This document shows, in pieces, positions 46,454-55,055 of a stretch of 64,000 nucleotides of DNA. Source of the DNA: Microbacterium sp. (GTDB taxonomy: Bacteria; Actinomycetota; Actinomycetes; Actinomycetales; Microbacteriaceae); NCBI RefSeq assembly GCF_040394595.1, contig NZ_JBEBSA010000002.1, positions 381,137-445,136 of the forward strand, in the 5' to 3' direction. The position numbers and the translations under genes are program-made. Numbering within the stretch: position 1 is the first letter of the stretch; the number at the start of each line of letters is the position of its first letter. Under the pieces are notes generated by a model. It ran no database searches. It saw only the letters and a list, made by a program, of their open reading frames with translations, and was not told the DNA's origin.

Positions 46454-47386
46454 GTGGGCTCGAACTCATCGGTCCCTGAGCCCGTCGAAGGGCCGCCCGC
46501 GACTCTGCGACGTTCACAGCGCAGCAGCCGCCGGCTGCCGCGCCGCGCGGCCGTCGGACGAAGGTCCTTCACCGCGACGCTGCGCGCGCTGGAGGAGCTG
46601 GCCGACGCCGGCGCCCAGGTGTCCGTGCACGTCGCCGACCTCGACACCGGTGAGGCGGTGCTGCGCGGCGACGACCACGTCACGCTCCCGATCGCGGGCC
46701 TGGGCGTGGTCCCGCTGCTGATCGAGGTGGCCGCCGGCATCGAGGACGGCACGCTGGATCCGCTCGAGATCGTCGATCGCGCGGACCTCGACCAGGTGTC
46801 GACCTCCGGTCTGTGGCGGCACCTGCGGGCTCCGGCACTGCCTGTCGCGGACCTGGCGGTGCTCGCGGCGACGGCCGGTGACCCGAACGCGGTGAACGCG
46901 CTGCTCGAACGGGTCGGACACGAGCGGGTGCGTGCGCGGATCGCGGCGCTCGGCATGTCCCAGACCGCTCTGCTCGACCGTTTCCGGGACAGCCGGGGCC
47001 CGGACGACGCCCCGCAGGTGGCCGTCGGCACCACCCGGGAGCTCGCCGAGCTGTTCGCGGCGCTCGTGAACTCCGCGGTGATCGACGCCGCCGTCAGCGC
47101 GCAGGTGTCTGAGTGGCTCAGCCTCAATCACGACCTCAGCCTCGTGGCGGCGTCGACGGGGCTCGATCCGTTCGCGCACGAGCAGGACGCCCACGGCCTG
47201 CTCTTCATCAACAAGACCGGTCGCGATCGCGGGGTGCGCGTGGAGGCCGGGGTGCTCGGCGGTCCGCGTGCGGGGGTGGTCTACGCCCTGACGGCGTGCT
47301 TCGACGACCTCTCGATCAGTCACCGGCTGCGCGTGCACGACGCCTTCCGCGTGCTCGGCGTGGAGCTGATGGAATACGCCCACTGA
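46454..47386 (+). CDS. class A beta-lactamase-related protein lacking the catalytic serines
   Basis: I prefer the GTG at 46454 after GGAAGGA over the track's TTG at 46436. It is homologous to class A enzymes and retains the KTG motif (FINKTGRD). However, SxxK reads GLGV and SDN reads GDP. Confidence 0.7.
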   Translation: MGSNSSVPEPVEGPPATLRRSQRSSRRLPRRAAVGRRSFTATLRALEELADAGAQVSVHVADLDTGEAVLRGDDHVTLPIAGLGVVPLLIEVAAGIEDGTLDPLEIVDRADLDQVSTSGLWRHLRAPALPVADLAVLAATAGDPNAVNALLERVGHERVRARIAALGMSQTALLDRFRDSRGPDDAPQVAVGTTRELAELFAALVNSAVIDAAVSAQVSEWLSLNHDLSLVAASTGLDPFAHEQDAHGLLFINKTGRDRGVRVEAGVLGGPRAGVVYALTACFDDLSISHRLRVHDAFRVLGVELMEYAH

Positions 47387-47501
47387 CGCCGCTTTCCGCG
47401 CCGCTTCCCCGCCGCTGGCGTGTGAAAACGTCGCGGGGGAGGTCCCCGGGGATGCGTCCCCGCGCTCTCGCCGGCGCGCGGGGCGGGGATAGGGTGAGGG
47501 C

Positions 47502-48821
47502 ATGAGCAGCGTCGCTCCGAACGATCCGGCGGCTGCGCGGGGGATCTCGCGTCGCACGCAGTCCGACGTCTACCGCGCGGGGATCAGCGGTGCGCGCCCG
47601 GCGGTGCCCGTGCTGCCCGCCGCGCTCGAGTCCGCGGCCGCGAAGGCCATGAGCGCCGAGGCGTACGCCTATGTCGCCGGCGGTGCGGGCAGTGGCGCGA
47701 CCATGGCCCAGAACCGCGCGGCGTTCGCCCGGTGGCAGGTGTGGCCGCGGCCCCTGCGCGACGTGTCCTCCCGTGACCTCTCCGTCGACTTCCTCGGGCG
47801 CGCCCGCCCCTCGCCGCTGCTGCTCGCCCCGCTCGGGGTGATGGAGATGGTGCATCCGGAGGCCGACCTCGCCGTGGCCCGCGCGGCGGCGGCGATGGGG
47901 GTGCCCTGCACGCTCAGCAACCAGGCGTCCTTTCCGATGGAGCGCATCGCGCAGTCGGCCCCCGGCGCTCCCCGCCTGTTCCAGCTCTACTGGTCGTCCT
48001 CCGACGAGCTCAACGCGTCGCTGCTGGCGCGCGCCGAGGCGTCCGGCTGTGAGGCCGTCGTCATCACCCTCGACACACACCTGCTCGGCTGGCGGACGCA
48101 GGACCTCGATCTCGCGTTCCTCCCCTTCACCCGGGGAATGGGCATCGCGCAGTACACCTCGGACCCCGTGTTCCAACAGCTCGTGCGGGAGCGCGCGGCG
48201 GGGGCCTCCGGGGAGCCGTCGAAGGTCCGGGTGACCGCGAAGACCATCGCCGCAGGAGTGTCGATCGCGCGCAGCGGCGCGGCGGTCACCGGCTCGCGGA
48301 GTCTGCGCGGCAATCTGCGTTCTCCGCTGCCGCGCACGGCGGTCGAGACCTTCCTCGACGTGTTCTCCACCCCCGCCCTCACCTGGGGCGACCTGACCAG
48401 GGCGCGGGAGTGGACGTCGCTGCCGATCATCCTGAAGGGGATCGTCCACCCCGACGACGCGGAGCGGGCCGTGGACGCGGGCGCGGACGGCATCTGGATC
48501 TCGAACCACGGGGGACGGCAGATCGACCGCTCGGTCGCCACCCTCGACGTGCTGCCCGAGATCGCGGAGCGCGTGGCCGGGCGGACTCCGATCGTGTTCG
48601 ACTCCGGCGTGCGCAGCGGCGCCGATGCGGCCGTCGCGCTCGCGCTCGGGGCGACGACCGTCGCGCTCGGGCGCCCCGTGGCCTACGGGCTCGCGGTCGC
48701 GGGGGAGGAAGGGGTGCGCGAGGTGATCCGCAACGTGCTCGCCGAACTGGACATCACGCTCGGGCTGGCCGGGCTCACTGCGGTGCGCGACCTGTCGCGC
48801 GACGTCCTGCGCGCCGCCTGA
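47502..48821 (+). CDS. FMN-dependent alpha-hydroxy-acid oxidising enzyme (lactate 2-monooxygenase-like)
   Basis: 439 aa. It has the glycolate oxidase/LldD-family core (SNHGGRQID, FDSGVRSG) and a long inserted loop, as in lactate monooxygenases. TAGGGT lies 6 nt before the ATG, so the transcript may be leaderless. Confidence 0.85.
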   Translation: MSSVAPNDPAAARGISRRTQSDVYRAGISGARPAVPVLPAALESAAAKAMSAEAYAYVAGGAGSGATMAQNRAAFARWQVWPRPLRDVSSRDLSVDFLGRARPSPLLLAPLGVMEMVHPEADLAVARAAAAMGVPCTLSNQASFPMERIAQSAPGAPRLFQLYWSSSDELNASLLARAEASGCEAVVITLDTHLLGWRTQDLDLAFLPFTRGMGIAQYTSDPVFQQLVRERAAGASGEPSKVRVTAKTIAAGVSIARSGAAVTGSRSLRGNLRSPLPRTAVETFLDVFSTPALTWGDLTRAREWTSLPIILKGIVHPDDAERAVDAGADGIWISNHGGRQIDRSVATLDVLPEIAERVAGRTPIVFDSGVRSGADAAVALALGATTVALGRPVAYGLAVAGEEGVREVIRNVLAELDITLGLAGLTAVRDLSRDVLRAA

Positions 48822-48879
48822 GCCGGTCGGGAGCGCGGAAGGAGCCTGCCGGGCTGCGGTTTCGCTCACCGCAGTGCCC

Positions 48880-49539
48880 TCAGCGCAGGAGCGCGATCGC
48901 CTCGGCCCGCGTCGCCGCTCCGAGCTTCGCGAACAGCGCGTTGATGTGCGACTTCACGGTCGCCGTCGAGACGTAGAGCTCGCGCGCGATGTCCGCGTTC
49001 GCGGCATCCCGCGCCACCAGCACGGCCACCTCCGCCTCCCGCCGGGTCAGCGCCGGGAAGCGCTCGCGCAGCGCGCCGATCGGATCGGCGGGGGCACGGT
49101 GCACGAGGCGGTCCATCAGACGACGCCCGACCGCTTCGCCGAGCACCTGCTGTCCCTCGGCGACCGCCCGGATCGCCGCCGCGAGCTGCGTCCGTCCCGC
49201 GTCCTTGGTGAGGTAGCCGCGGGCGCCCGCGCGGAGCGCGTCGGTGATCGATGCCTCGTCGTCGAAGGTCGTGAGCACCAGTACCGCGGTGGCGGGGAAG
49301 TCCCGGACGATCCGCTCCGTCGCCTCGACGCCGCTCGTCCCGGGCATCCGCAGGTCCATCAGCGCCACGTCGGGACGATGCATCCCCACCGCCCGCACGG
49401 CCTGCTCACCATCGGCGGCCTCCGCGACCACCTCGATGTCAGGCACGAGTCCGAGCACCGTGACGAGACCGTCGCGGACGATGTCCTGGTCGTCGGCGAC
49501 GACGATCCGGATGATCCTCTCCGCCGGCTCCGCACTCAT
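48880..49539 (-). CDS. response regulator, NarL/LuxR family
   Basis: 219 aa. It has a receiver domain (IVVADDQDIVRDGL) and a LuxR HTH (LTRREAEVAVLVARDAANADIA). It overlaps the kinase gene by 4 nt. Confidence 0.9.
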   Translation of the reverse strand: MSAEPAERIIRIVVADDQDIVRDGLVTVLGLVPDIEVVAEAADGEQAVRAVGMHRPDVALMDLRMPGTSGVEATERIVRDFPATAVLVLTTFDDEASITDALRAGARGYLTKDAGRTQLAAAIRAVAEGQQVLGEAVGRRLMDRLVHRAPADPIGALRERFPALTRREAEVAVLVARDAANADIARELYVSTATVKSHINALFAKLGAATRAEAIALLR

Positions 49540-50729
49540 CCGATCACCGCCCCGGCCCGCACGACGAAGGAGCCGTCGGCGGTCCCGGCGTGCGCCTCAC
49601 CGCCGGGCAGCGCCGAGAACCGCTGGCGCATGCCGTCGAGACCCCGCCCCGACCCGGACGCCGACAGCGCGGACGCGGCGCCGAGCGGATTCGACACCCG
49701 CAGCGACAGCACCCCGTCGCGGGCCGTCATCGTCAGCCGCACCGGCCGGCCGGAGGCGTGCTTGCGCGCGTTCGTGAGCGCCTCGGCGGCCGCTCCGCGG
49801 AACGCGTCGACGAGGGCGGGTGCGGCCGGGCCCTCGAGCTCGTCCACCTCGGCCTCGACGTCCACGCCCAGATCGCGTTCGGTCGCGACCAGGCGCCGCA
49901 CCTGGTCGGCGAGGTCGGCGAGGTCGAGGCTGCGGGTTCCGTCGAGAACGCCCACCGCGACCCGGGCGTCGCGCAGTCCGTCCGCCGCGAGCCGCCGTGC
50001 CGTGCGTGCGCGGGTCGCGGCGTCCTCGGCGCGCCCCGCCTCGGCGAGGGCCTCCACGGCGTCGAGCTGCAGCACCAGACCTCCGAGGGTGTGCGCGAGC
50101 ACGTCGTGCAGGTCGCGGGCGATCCGTGCCCTCTCGTCGCGGGCCGCCGATGCCGCGAGCGCGCGGTGCGCCTCGACGAGCTCGAGCGCGGTGCGCCGTT
50201 CGCGCTCCTGGGCGAGGCGCGTCTGCCGTCGCGCGAGGCCGAGCATCACCGACGCCCCGAGCGCCGCGAGCGAGAGCAGGAGCCGCAGGGGGGAGGCCTC
50301 GAGGAGGGCGGGGATCGCCGTGCAGACCAGCGCGGCGGCGGTGACGACGATCCCCGCGGCCAGGGGAGCGGCGGTGGCGCCGAACGCGGTCACCACCGCG
50401 ACGACCATCGGCACGAGGGCGAGGCCGCTCGTGGCCGCCGAGGAGGCCGCGCCGCCGAGCGCCATCACCCCCAGGGTGATCCAGCGCAGCGGTGCGGGGG
50501 CGCGCTCGGGCATCGCGGTGAGCGCGGCCCACGACAGCAGGGCCGCCGCCGCGACGACGACGGCCCAGAGGGGGAGGGACCGGGCGCTGCCCCAGAGGGA
50601 GACGGCGGTGACCGCGAGCCCCACGGCCGAGACCAGTCGCGCGGTGCCGGACGGCCCCGGCTGATGGGCCGAGGCCGGGGAGAGACCCGATGCGGCGGGC
50701 GCGGTCGTCATGGGGACATCATGCCGCAC
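49536..50729 (-). CDS. sensor histidine kinase (HisKA_3 type, intramembrane-sensing architecture)
   Basis: N-terminal TM bundle with almost no extracytoplasmic loop, then the H-box RIARDLHDVLAHT. An alternative start is at 50711 (MTTAPAAS). Confidence 0.8.
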   Translation of the reverse strand: MRHDVPMTTAPAASGLSPASAHQPGPSGTARLVSAVGLAVTAVSLWGSARSLPLWAVVVAAAALLSWAALTAMPERAPAPLRWITLGVMALGGAASSAATSGLALVPMVVAVVTAFGATAAPLAAGIVVTAAALVCTAIPALLEASPLRLLLSLAALGASVMLGLARRQTRLAQERERRTALELVEAHRALAASAARDERARIARDLHDVLAHTLGGLVLQLDAVEALAEAGRAEDAATRARTARRLAADGLRDARVAVGVLDGTRSLDLADLADQVRRLVATERDLGVDVEAEVDELEGPAAPALVDAFRGAAAEALTNARKHASGRPVRLTMTARDGVLSLRVSNPLGAASALSASGSGRGLDGMRQRFSALPGGEAHAGTADGSFVVRAGAVIG

Positions 50730-50766
50730 GGCCCCGGCCGGGCGGCGGACGCGGGCGAGCGTCGGG

Positions 50767-51309
50767 TCACGCGACGCGCGCCCTCTGCGGCATCCGGGCG
50801 TTCACGCGGGCGAGGATCACCCCGGTGCGCACCAGTCGGTTCACGCCGACGAGCAGGAGGATCGCCGCCGGGGCGGTCACCGCTGCGATGCCCATCGAGG
50901 CGAAGAGCACGCCGAGCCCCACGCGCAGCGCGATCATCCCGAGCCACAGCACCATTCCCCAGGCGCCGTTGCGCGCCTCGAACGTCGGCGCCTCGCGATC
51001 GGCGCGGCGACCCGCCGCATGGGCGGCGAGGGCCTGACCGCTCACCGGACGCAGCTTCGCCGTGAACCCGATGCCCGCGCCGACGGCGGCGCCGATCACC
51101 AGCTCGAGCACGAGCACGCCCAGCTCCGGGCCGGTGGGGATGAGCGTCGGGCGGCCGTTCACCATCATGATCGCCCCGACGGCGAGCAGCACGATCGGGC
51201 CGCGCCAGGCGCGTCCCGGGCTCATCGGGGTCCAGGTGGTCTGTCGGATGCTCAGCCAGACGATCGCCGCGAGGGCGATGACGATGGTGAGGATGGTCTG
51301 CGGGGTCAT
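50767..51309 (-). CDS. small polytopic membrane protein upstream of the two-component system (possibly DUF1453-like)
   Basis: I place the start at MTPQTILTIVIALAAIVWL inside track ORF 50767..51645. It is 180 aa with 4-5 hydrophobic segments. Confidence 0.6.
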   Translation of the reverse strand: MTPQTILTIVIALAAIVWLSIRQTTWTPMSPGRAWRGPIVLLAVGAIMMVNGRPTLIPTGPELGVLVLELVIGAAVGAGIGFTAKLRPVSGQALAAHAAGRRADREAPTFEARNGAWGMVLWLGMIALRVGLGVLFASMGIAAVTAPAAILLLVGVNRLVRTGVILARVNARMPQRARVA

Positions 51310-51374
51310 GGTCTCTCCTTGTGCGAAGCGTCTGTTCCACTGTCGCTCCCGGGCGCGTGGCGCGGAGGCGGATG

Positions 51375-51407
51375 CGGGTGGAGATCGGGTGGAGAAGCGG
51401 GTGGAGA
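51375..51407. promoter_or_regulatory. three direct repeats CGGGTGGAGA with 11-12 bp phasing
   Basis: Copies are at 51375, 51386 and 51398. They lie in the divergent spacer between the membrane-protein/TCS operon and the HIT-like gene. Confidence 0.5.
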
Positions 51408-51424
51408 GCGGACAGACTGGCGGG

Positions 51425-52045
51425 ATGAGCGACGACTTCGAGCAGCATCCCGCCGACACCGCCTGGCACCGCTGGGCGCCGATCGGGCAGACCCTCGATG
51501 CGAGCGGCGTGCCGGACAGCGGCCCGGCGCCGAGCATCGCGGCTTTCGAGCTGCGGCCCCTCGCGCCGATGCTCGTGCCCGAGAAGCCGCGGCAGGGCGA
51601 GCTCGACCCCGCGGAGTGCGGGATCTGCCGCCCCTCGGAGAACACGATCTGGCACGACGACGAGTGGCAGGTCGCCTCCGGGTTCGAAGGAGGCGTCGGC
51701 CTGCCCTTCGTCGGGGCGGTCGCGCCGCGCCGTCATGTGCGGCTGGAGGACGCGCCGATCGAGGTGCTCGCGGGGCTCGGGCCGGTGCTGCAGCGGCTGT
51801 CCGAGGCGACGAAGACGATCCCCGCGGTCGCGCGCTGCCACTTCTCGCGGTGGAACGACGGTTCGGCGCACCTGCACATCTGGGCCTACGCCCGGCCGGC
51901 GGGGATGATGCAGGGGCGCGGCGCGATCCTGCCCTTCTGGGAGCAGTGCCTGCCGGCGTCGCCCGACGAGATGGCGGCGGAGAACATCGAGACCGTCGCG
52001 CGGGTGCTCGCGGCGGGCGGCGGCACGGCCTTCCCGCATCGCTGA
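51425..52045 (+). CDS. HIT-superfamily-like protein with degenerate histidine triad
   Basis: I place the start at MSDDFEQHP inside track ORF 51062..52045. It has a CxxC (AECGICRP) followed by a HIT-like core ending AHLHIW in place of HxHxHxx. Confidence 0.55.
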   Translation: MSDDFEQHPADTAWHRWAPIGQTLDASGVPDSGPAPSIAAFELRPLAPMLVPEKPRQGELDPAECGICRPSENTIWHDDEWQVASGFEGGVGLPFVGAVAPRRHVRLEDAPIEVLAGLGPVLQRLSEATKTIPAVARCHFSRWNDGSAHLHIWAYARPAGMMQGRGAILPFWEQCLPASPDEMAAENIETVARVLAAGGGTAFPHR

Positions 52046-52071
52046 GGCGCGTCCTCCGGGTCAGTGCAACC

Positions 52072-53538
52072 TCAGCGCACGCCCTTCATGAGAGCGAGCA
52101 CGGGCTTCACCAGCAGGAGCAGCCCGATGCCGATCACGATCGCGATCCCGCCGAGCACCGTGAAGTAGGGGATCTCGTCCTCGGGGTCGTAGAACTGCAC
52201 CAGCCACCCCGACACCGCGCTGCCGAGGGAGATCGACAGGAAGAACAGCGCGACCATCTGCGTGCGGAACGCCTTCGGCGCCAGCTTCGTCGTCACCGAG
52301 AGCCCCACCGGCGAGAGGAGGAGCTCGGCGACGGTGAAGAGGAAGAGGATGCCGACGATCGCGAGCAGCGGCGTGGAGTTCGGGCCGCCGCCGGCGAAGG
52401 GCAGGAACAGGAGGAAGGCGCCGCCCATGACGATGGCGCCGAGGGCGAACTTGACCGGGGTCGACGGCTGGCGGCGGCCGAGCGCGGTCCAGATCGCGGC
52501 GAAGGCGCCCGACAGCACGATGATGAACACCGGGTTGATCGACTGCACCCAGGACACCGGCATCTCGAGACCGAAGATGTGCCGGTCGAGGCGCTTGTCG
52601 GAGTAGACGGTCAGCACCGTGAACTGCTGCTGGTAGAGCGACCAGAAGGCGACGCTGGTGATGAAGAGCGGGAGGAAGGCCCAGACCCGCGACCGCTCCT
52701 CGCGATCGATCCGGCGGCTGGAGAGGATCACGGCGAAGTAGGCGATCGTCGCCGTGAGGGCGCAGACGATGACGAGCGTCGAGAGGTTGTCGGCGCGGAT
52801 CACGCCGATGAGCACGAGCACGACGACGAGCGCGATCGCCGCCACCGCCACGAGCCCGACGAGCGGATAGCGTGCGGCGGGCAGCGGGTTGGGCACTCGG
52901 CGGGCCTCCGCCGGGAGGCGGCGCCGGCCGAAGGAGTACTGCACGAGCCCGAGGGTCATGCCGACCGCGGCGACGCCGAAGCCGAAGTGGAAGCCGAGGG
53001 TCTCCGGGAACAGGCCGGTGAGGATCGGTCCGAGGAAACCGCCGAGGTTGATGCCCAGGTAGAACAGGGAGAAGCCGGCGTCGCGGCGCTCGTCCTCCGG
53101 GGAGTAGAGCGTGCCCACCACGGAGGTGGCGTTGGCCTTGAGCCCGCCGGAGCCCAGCGCGACGAGGATCAGGCCGACCCCCACGCCCCAGGCGCCGGGC
53201 AGCAGCGCGAGTGCGAGGTGGCCGGCGACGATGACGATGGCGCTGCCGAAGAGCGTGCGCTCCGAGCCCAGCAGCCGGTCGGCGACCCAGGCGCCGAGGA
53301 TCGTCGACAGGTACACCGAGCCGCCATAGGCGCCGACGATGCCTCCGGCGACGGCCTCGGGGAGCCCCAGTCCGCCTCGGGTGACCGAGTAGTAGAGGTA
53401 GATGAGCAGGATGCCCTGCATGCCGTAGAAGCTGAAGCGCTCCCACATCTCGACGCCGAAGACGTGGACGAGCGACCAGGGCTGTCCGAAGAAACGTCGC
53501 TCGGTTCCGGCGTCGGTCTGCTGCGGAGTGCCCATCAT
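52072..53538 (-). CDS. dtpT: POT/PTR2 family di-/tripeptide:proton symporter
   Basis: 488 aa. FGVEMWERFSFYGMQGILLIYL is the PTR2 signature. Confidence 0.9.
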   Translation of the reverse strand: MMGTPQQTDAGTERRFFGQPWSLVHVFGVEMWERFSFYGMQGILLIYLYYSVTRGGLGLPEAVAGGIVGAYGGSVYLSTILGAWVADRLLGSERTLFGSAIVIVAGHLALALLPGAWGVGVGLILVALGSGGLKANATSVVGTLYSPEDERRDAGFSLFYLGINLGGFLGPILTGLFPETLGFHFGFGVAAVGMTLGLVQYSFGRRRLPAEARRVPNPLPAARYPLVGLVAVAAIALVVVLVLIGVIRADNLSTLVIVCALTATIAYFAVILSSRRIDREERSRVWAFLPLFITSVAFWSLYQQQFTVLTVYSDKRLDRHIFGLEMPVSWVQSINPVFIIVLSGAFAAIWTALGRRQPSTPVKFALGAIVMGGAFLLFLPFAGGGPNSTPLLAIVGILFLFTVAELLLSPVGLSVTTKLAPKAFRTQMVALFFLSISLGSAVSGWLVQFYDPEDEIPYFTVLGGIAIVIGIGLLLLVKPVLALMKGVR

Positions 53539-53687
53539 TCGACCGTATCCCCTGCCGCGGGGGCCGTGCCAACGCGTCCCGCGGATGGGGGTAGCATGTG
53601 CGGATGATCATCGCGTCCCTGTATGCCGGCGGCTCTGGTTCGAGCCGCCCGCGTCGGAGACGCTGAACGACTGACCCAGAGCCCTGA

Positions 53688-53716
53688 GGTGAGGACCATC
53701 CGGTCCTCACCTTTTT
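53688..53716 (+). terminator. intrinsic terminator inside the leader of the tyrS-like gene
   Basis: GGTGAGGACC-ATCC-GGTCCTCACC is followed by TTTTT and ends 58 nt before the ATG at 53775. Confidence 0.7.
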
Positions 53717-53774
53717 CGTTCGCCGGAGAACGGGGCCCGGGTGTCTCGTCCTCCGCCCGCACAGGAGAGAGACC

Positions 53775-54977
53775 ATGGCCACTCCGGAACAGATCCTCGA
53801 TCACCTCGGACGCACGACGGACGACGTCCTCGGGGCGGACGACCTCGTCGCGCGGCTGCGCTCGGGGCGGCCGCTGCGCGTCAAGTTCGGCGTCGACTGC
53901 ACGGCCCCCGACCTGCACCTCGGCCACGCGGTGAACCTGTGGATGATGCGATACCTGCAGGACCTCGGCCACACGGTGCTGTTCCTGCTCGGCGACACCA
54001 CCACCCGCATCGGCGACCCCACCGGGCGCAGCAGCACCAGGCCGGCGCTCTCGCCCGCGCAGATCGACGCCAACGCGGCGTCGTTCCTCACCCAGGTCGG
54101 CAGCGTGCTGCGCACCGATGAGGGCGCGCTCGAGGTGCGGCGCAACTCCGAGTGGTACGACCGGATGGCCATCACCGACCTGCTCGGCGAGCTCAGCGCG
54201 GTCACGCTCGCCCAGCTGCGCGCCCGTGACATGTTCCAGAGCCGCGATGCGAAGGCGCAGGAGATCGCGATGCACGAGCTGATCTACCCCGTGCTGCAGG
54301 GCTACGACAGCGTCGCACTGCGTTCCGACGTGACGATCGTCGGATCGGATCAGCTGTTCAATGAGGCGATGGCGCGGCAGATGCAGTCGCGGCACGGGCA
54401 GGTGCCGCAGACCGTCATCACGAGCACGATCACGCCGGGCCTCGACGGCGGGGCGAAGCAGTCGAAGTCGCTGGGCAACTACGTGGGGCTCGCGCAGTCC
54501 CCGGAGGAGAAGCTCGGCCGGCTGATGACCCTCCGCGACGATCTCGTGGAGACCTGGGCGCGCGTCTACACCGACCTGCCGCTCGCGCGCGCGGCGGAGC
54601 TGGGCGCGGCCGCGCGAGGCGGGGGCGCGGGCGCCCGCGACGCCAAGCTCGCGCTCGCCGAGAGCGTCGTCAGCCGCTACCACGGCGCGGAGGAGGCGGC
54701 GCGCGCCCGCGATGCCTTCCTGGCGGTGTTCTCGCAGCGCGGCGTGCCCGACGACATCCCGGAGGTGCGGCTGAGCCCCGGGGGCGCGCTGCTCGACGCG
54801 GTGCTCGCCGCGCGGCCGGAGCTGTCGCGCTCCGCCGCCCGCCGCCTCATCTCCGGCGGGGCCGTGCGGATCGACGGTGCCGCCCGCACCGATCCTGCCG
54901 CGTCCCTCGACGCAGGAGGGGGCGAGGTGCTGCAGGCGGGGAGGCGCCGCTGGTTCCGCATCGGCATCCTCGGCTGA
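53775..54977 (+). CDS. tyrS: tyrosine--tRNA ligase, type 2 (TyrZ-like)
   Basis: 400 aa. It has the HIGH motif as HLGH, KMSKS as KQSKS, GDPTGRS and a C-terminal S4-like domain (RRLISGGAVRIDG). Confidence 0.8.
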   Translation: MATPEQILDHLGRTTDDVLGADDLVARLRSGRPLRVKFGVDCTAPDLHLGHAVNLWMMRYLQDLGHTVLFLLGDTTTRIGDPTGRSSTRPALSPAQIDANAASFLTQVGSVLRTDEGALEVRRNSEWYDRMAITDLLGELSAVTLAQLRARDMFQSRDAKAQEIAMHELIYPVLQGYDSVALRSDVTIVGSDQLFNEAMARQMQSRHGQVPQTVITSTITPGLDGGAKQSKSLGNYVGLAQSPEEKLGRLMTLRDDLVETWARVYTDLPLARAAELGAAARGGGAGARDAKLALAESVVSRYHGAEEAARARDAFLAVFSQRGVPDDIPEVRLSPGGALLDAVLAARPELSRSAARRLISGGAVRIDGAARTDPAASLDAGGGEVLQAGRRRWFRIGILG

Positions 54978-55055
54978 TCGGTGGCGCGGATAGGATTGAG
55001 GGTGCCCGCGATCGCGGGCTTCCTCACTCCGCAGCATCCGACCATTGGAGCCACC

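Noticed and set aside
53628-53649. tRNA-like T-arm (GGTTCGA) suggesting a tRNA gene or fragment
   Set aside because: The flanking bases do not form a 5-bp T-stem with a 7-nt TTCGANN loop, and no acceptor, D or anticodon arms can be drawn. I treat it as part of the tyrS leader instead.
53592-53774. Calling the tyrS leader a bona fide T-box riboswitch
   Set aside because: I cannot identify the canonical T-box sequence, a K-turn or a specifier-loop architecture by eye. It is reported only as a terminator-containing leader that needs a covariance-model test.
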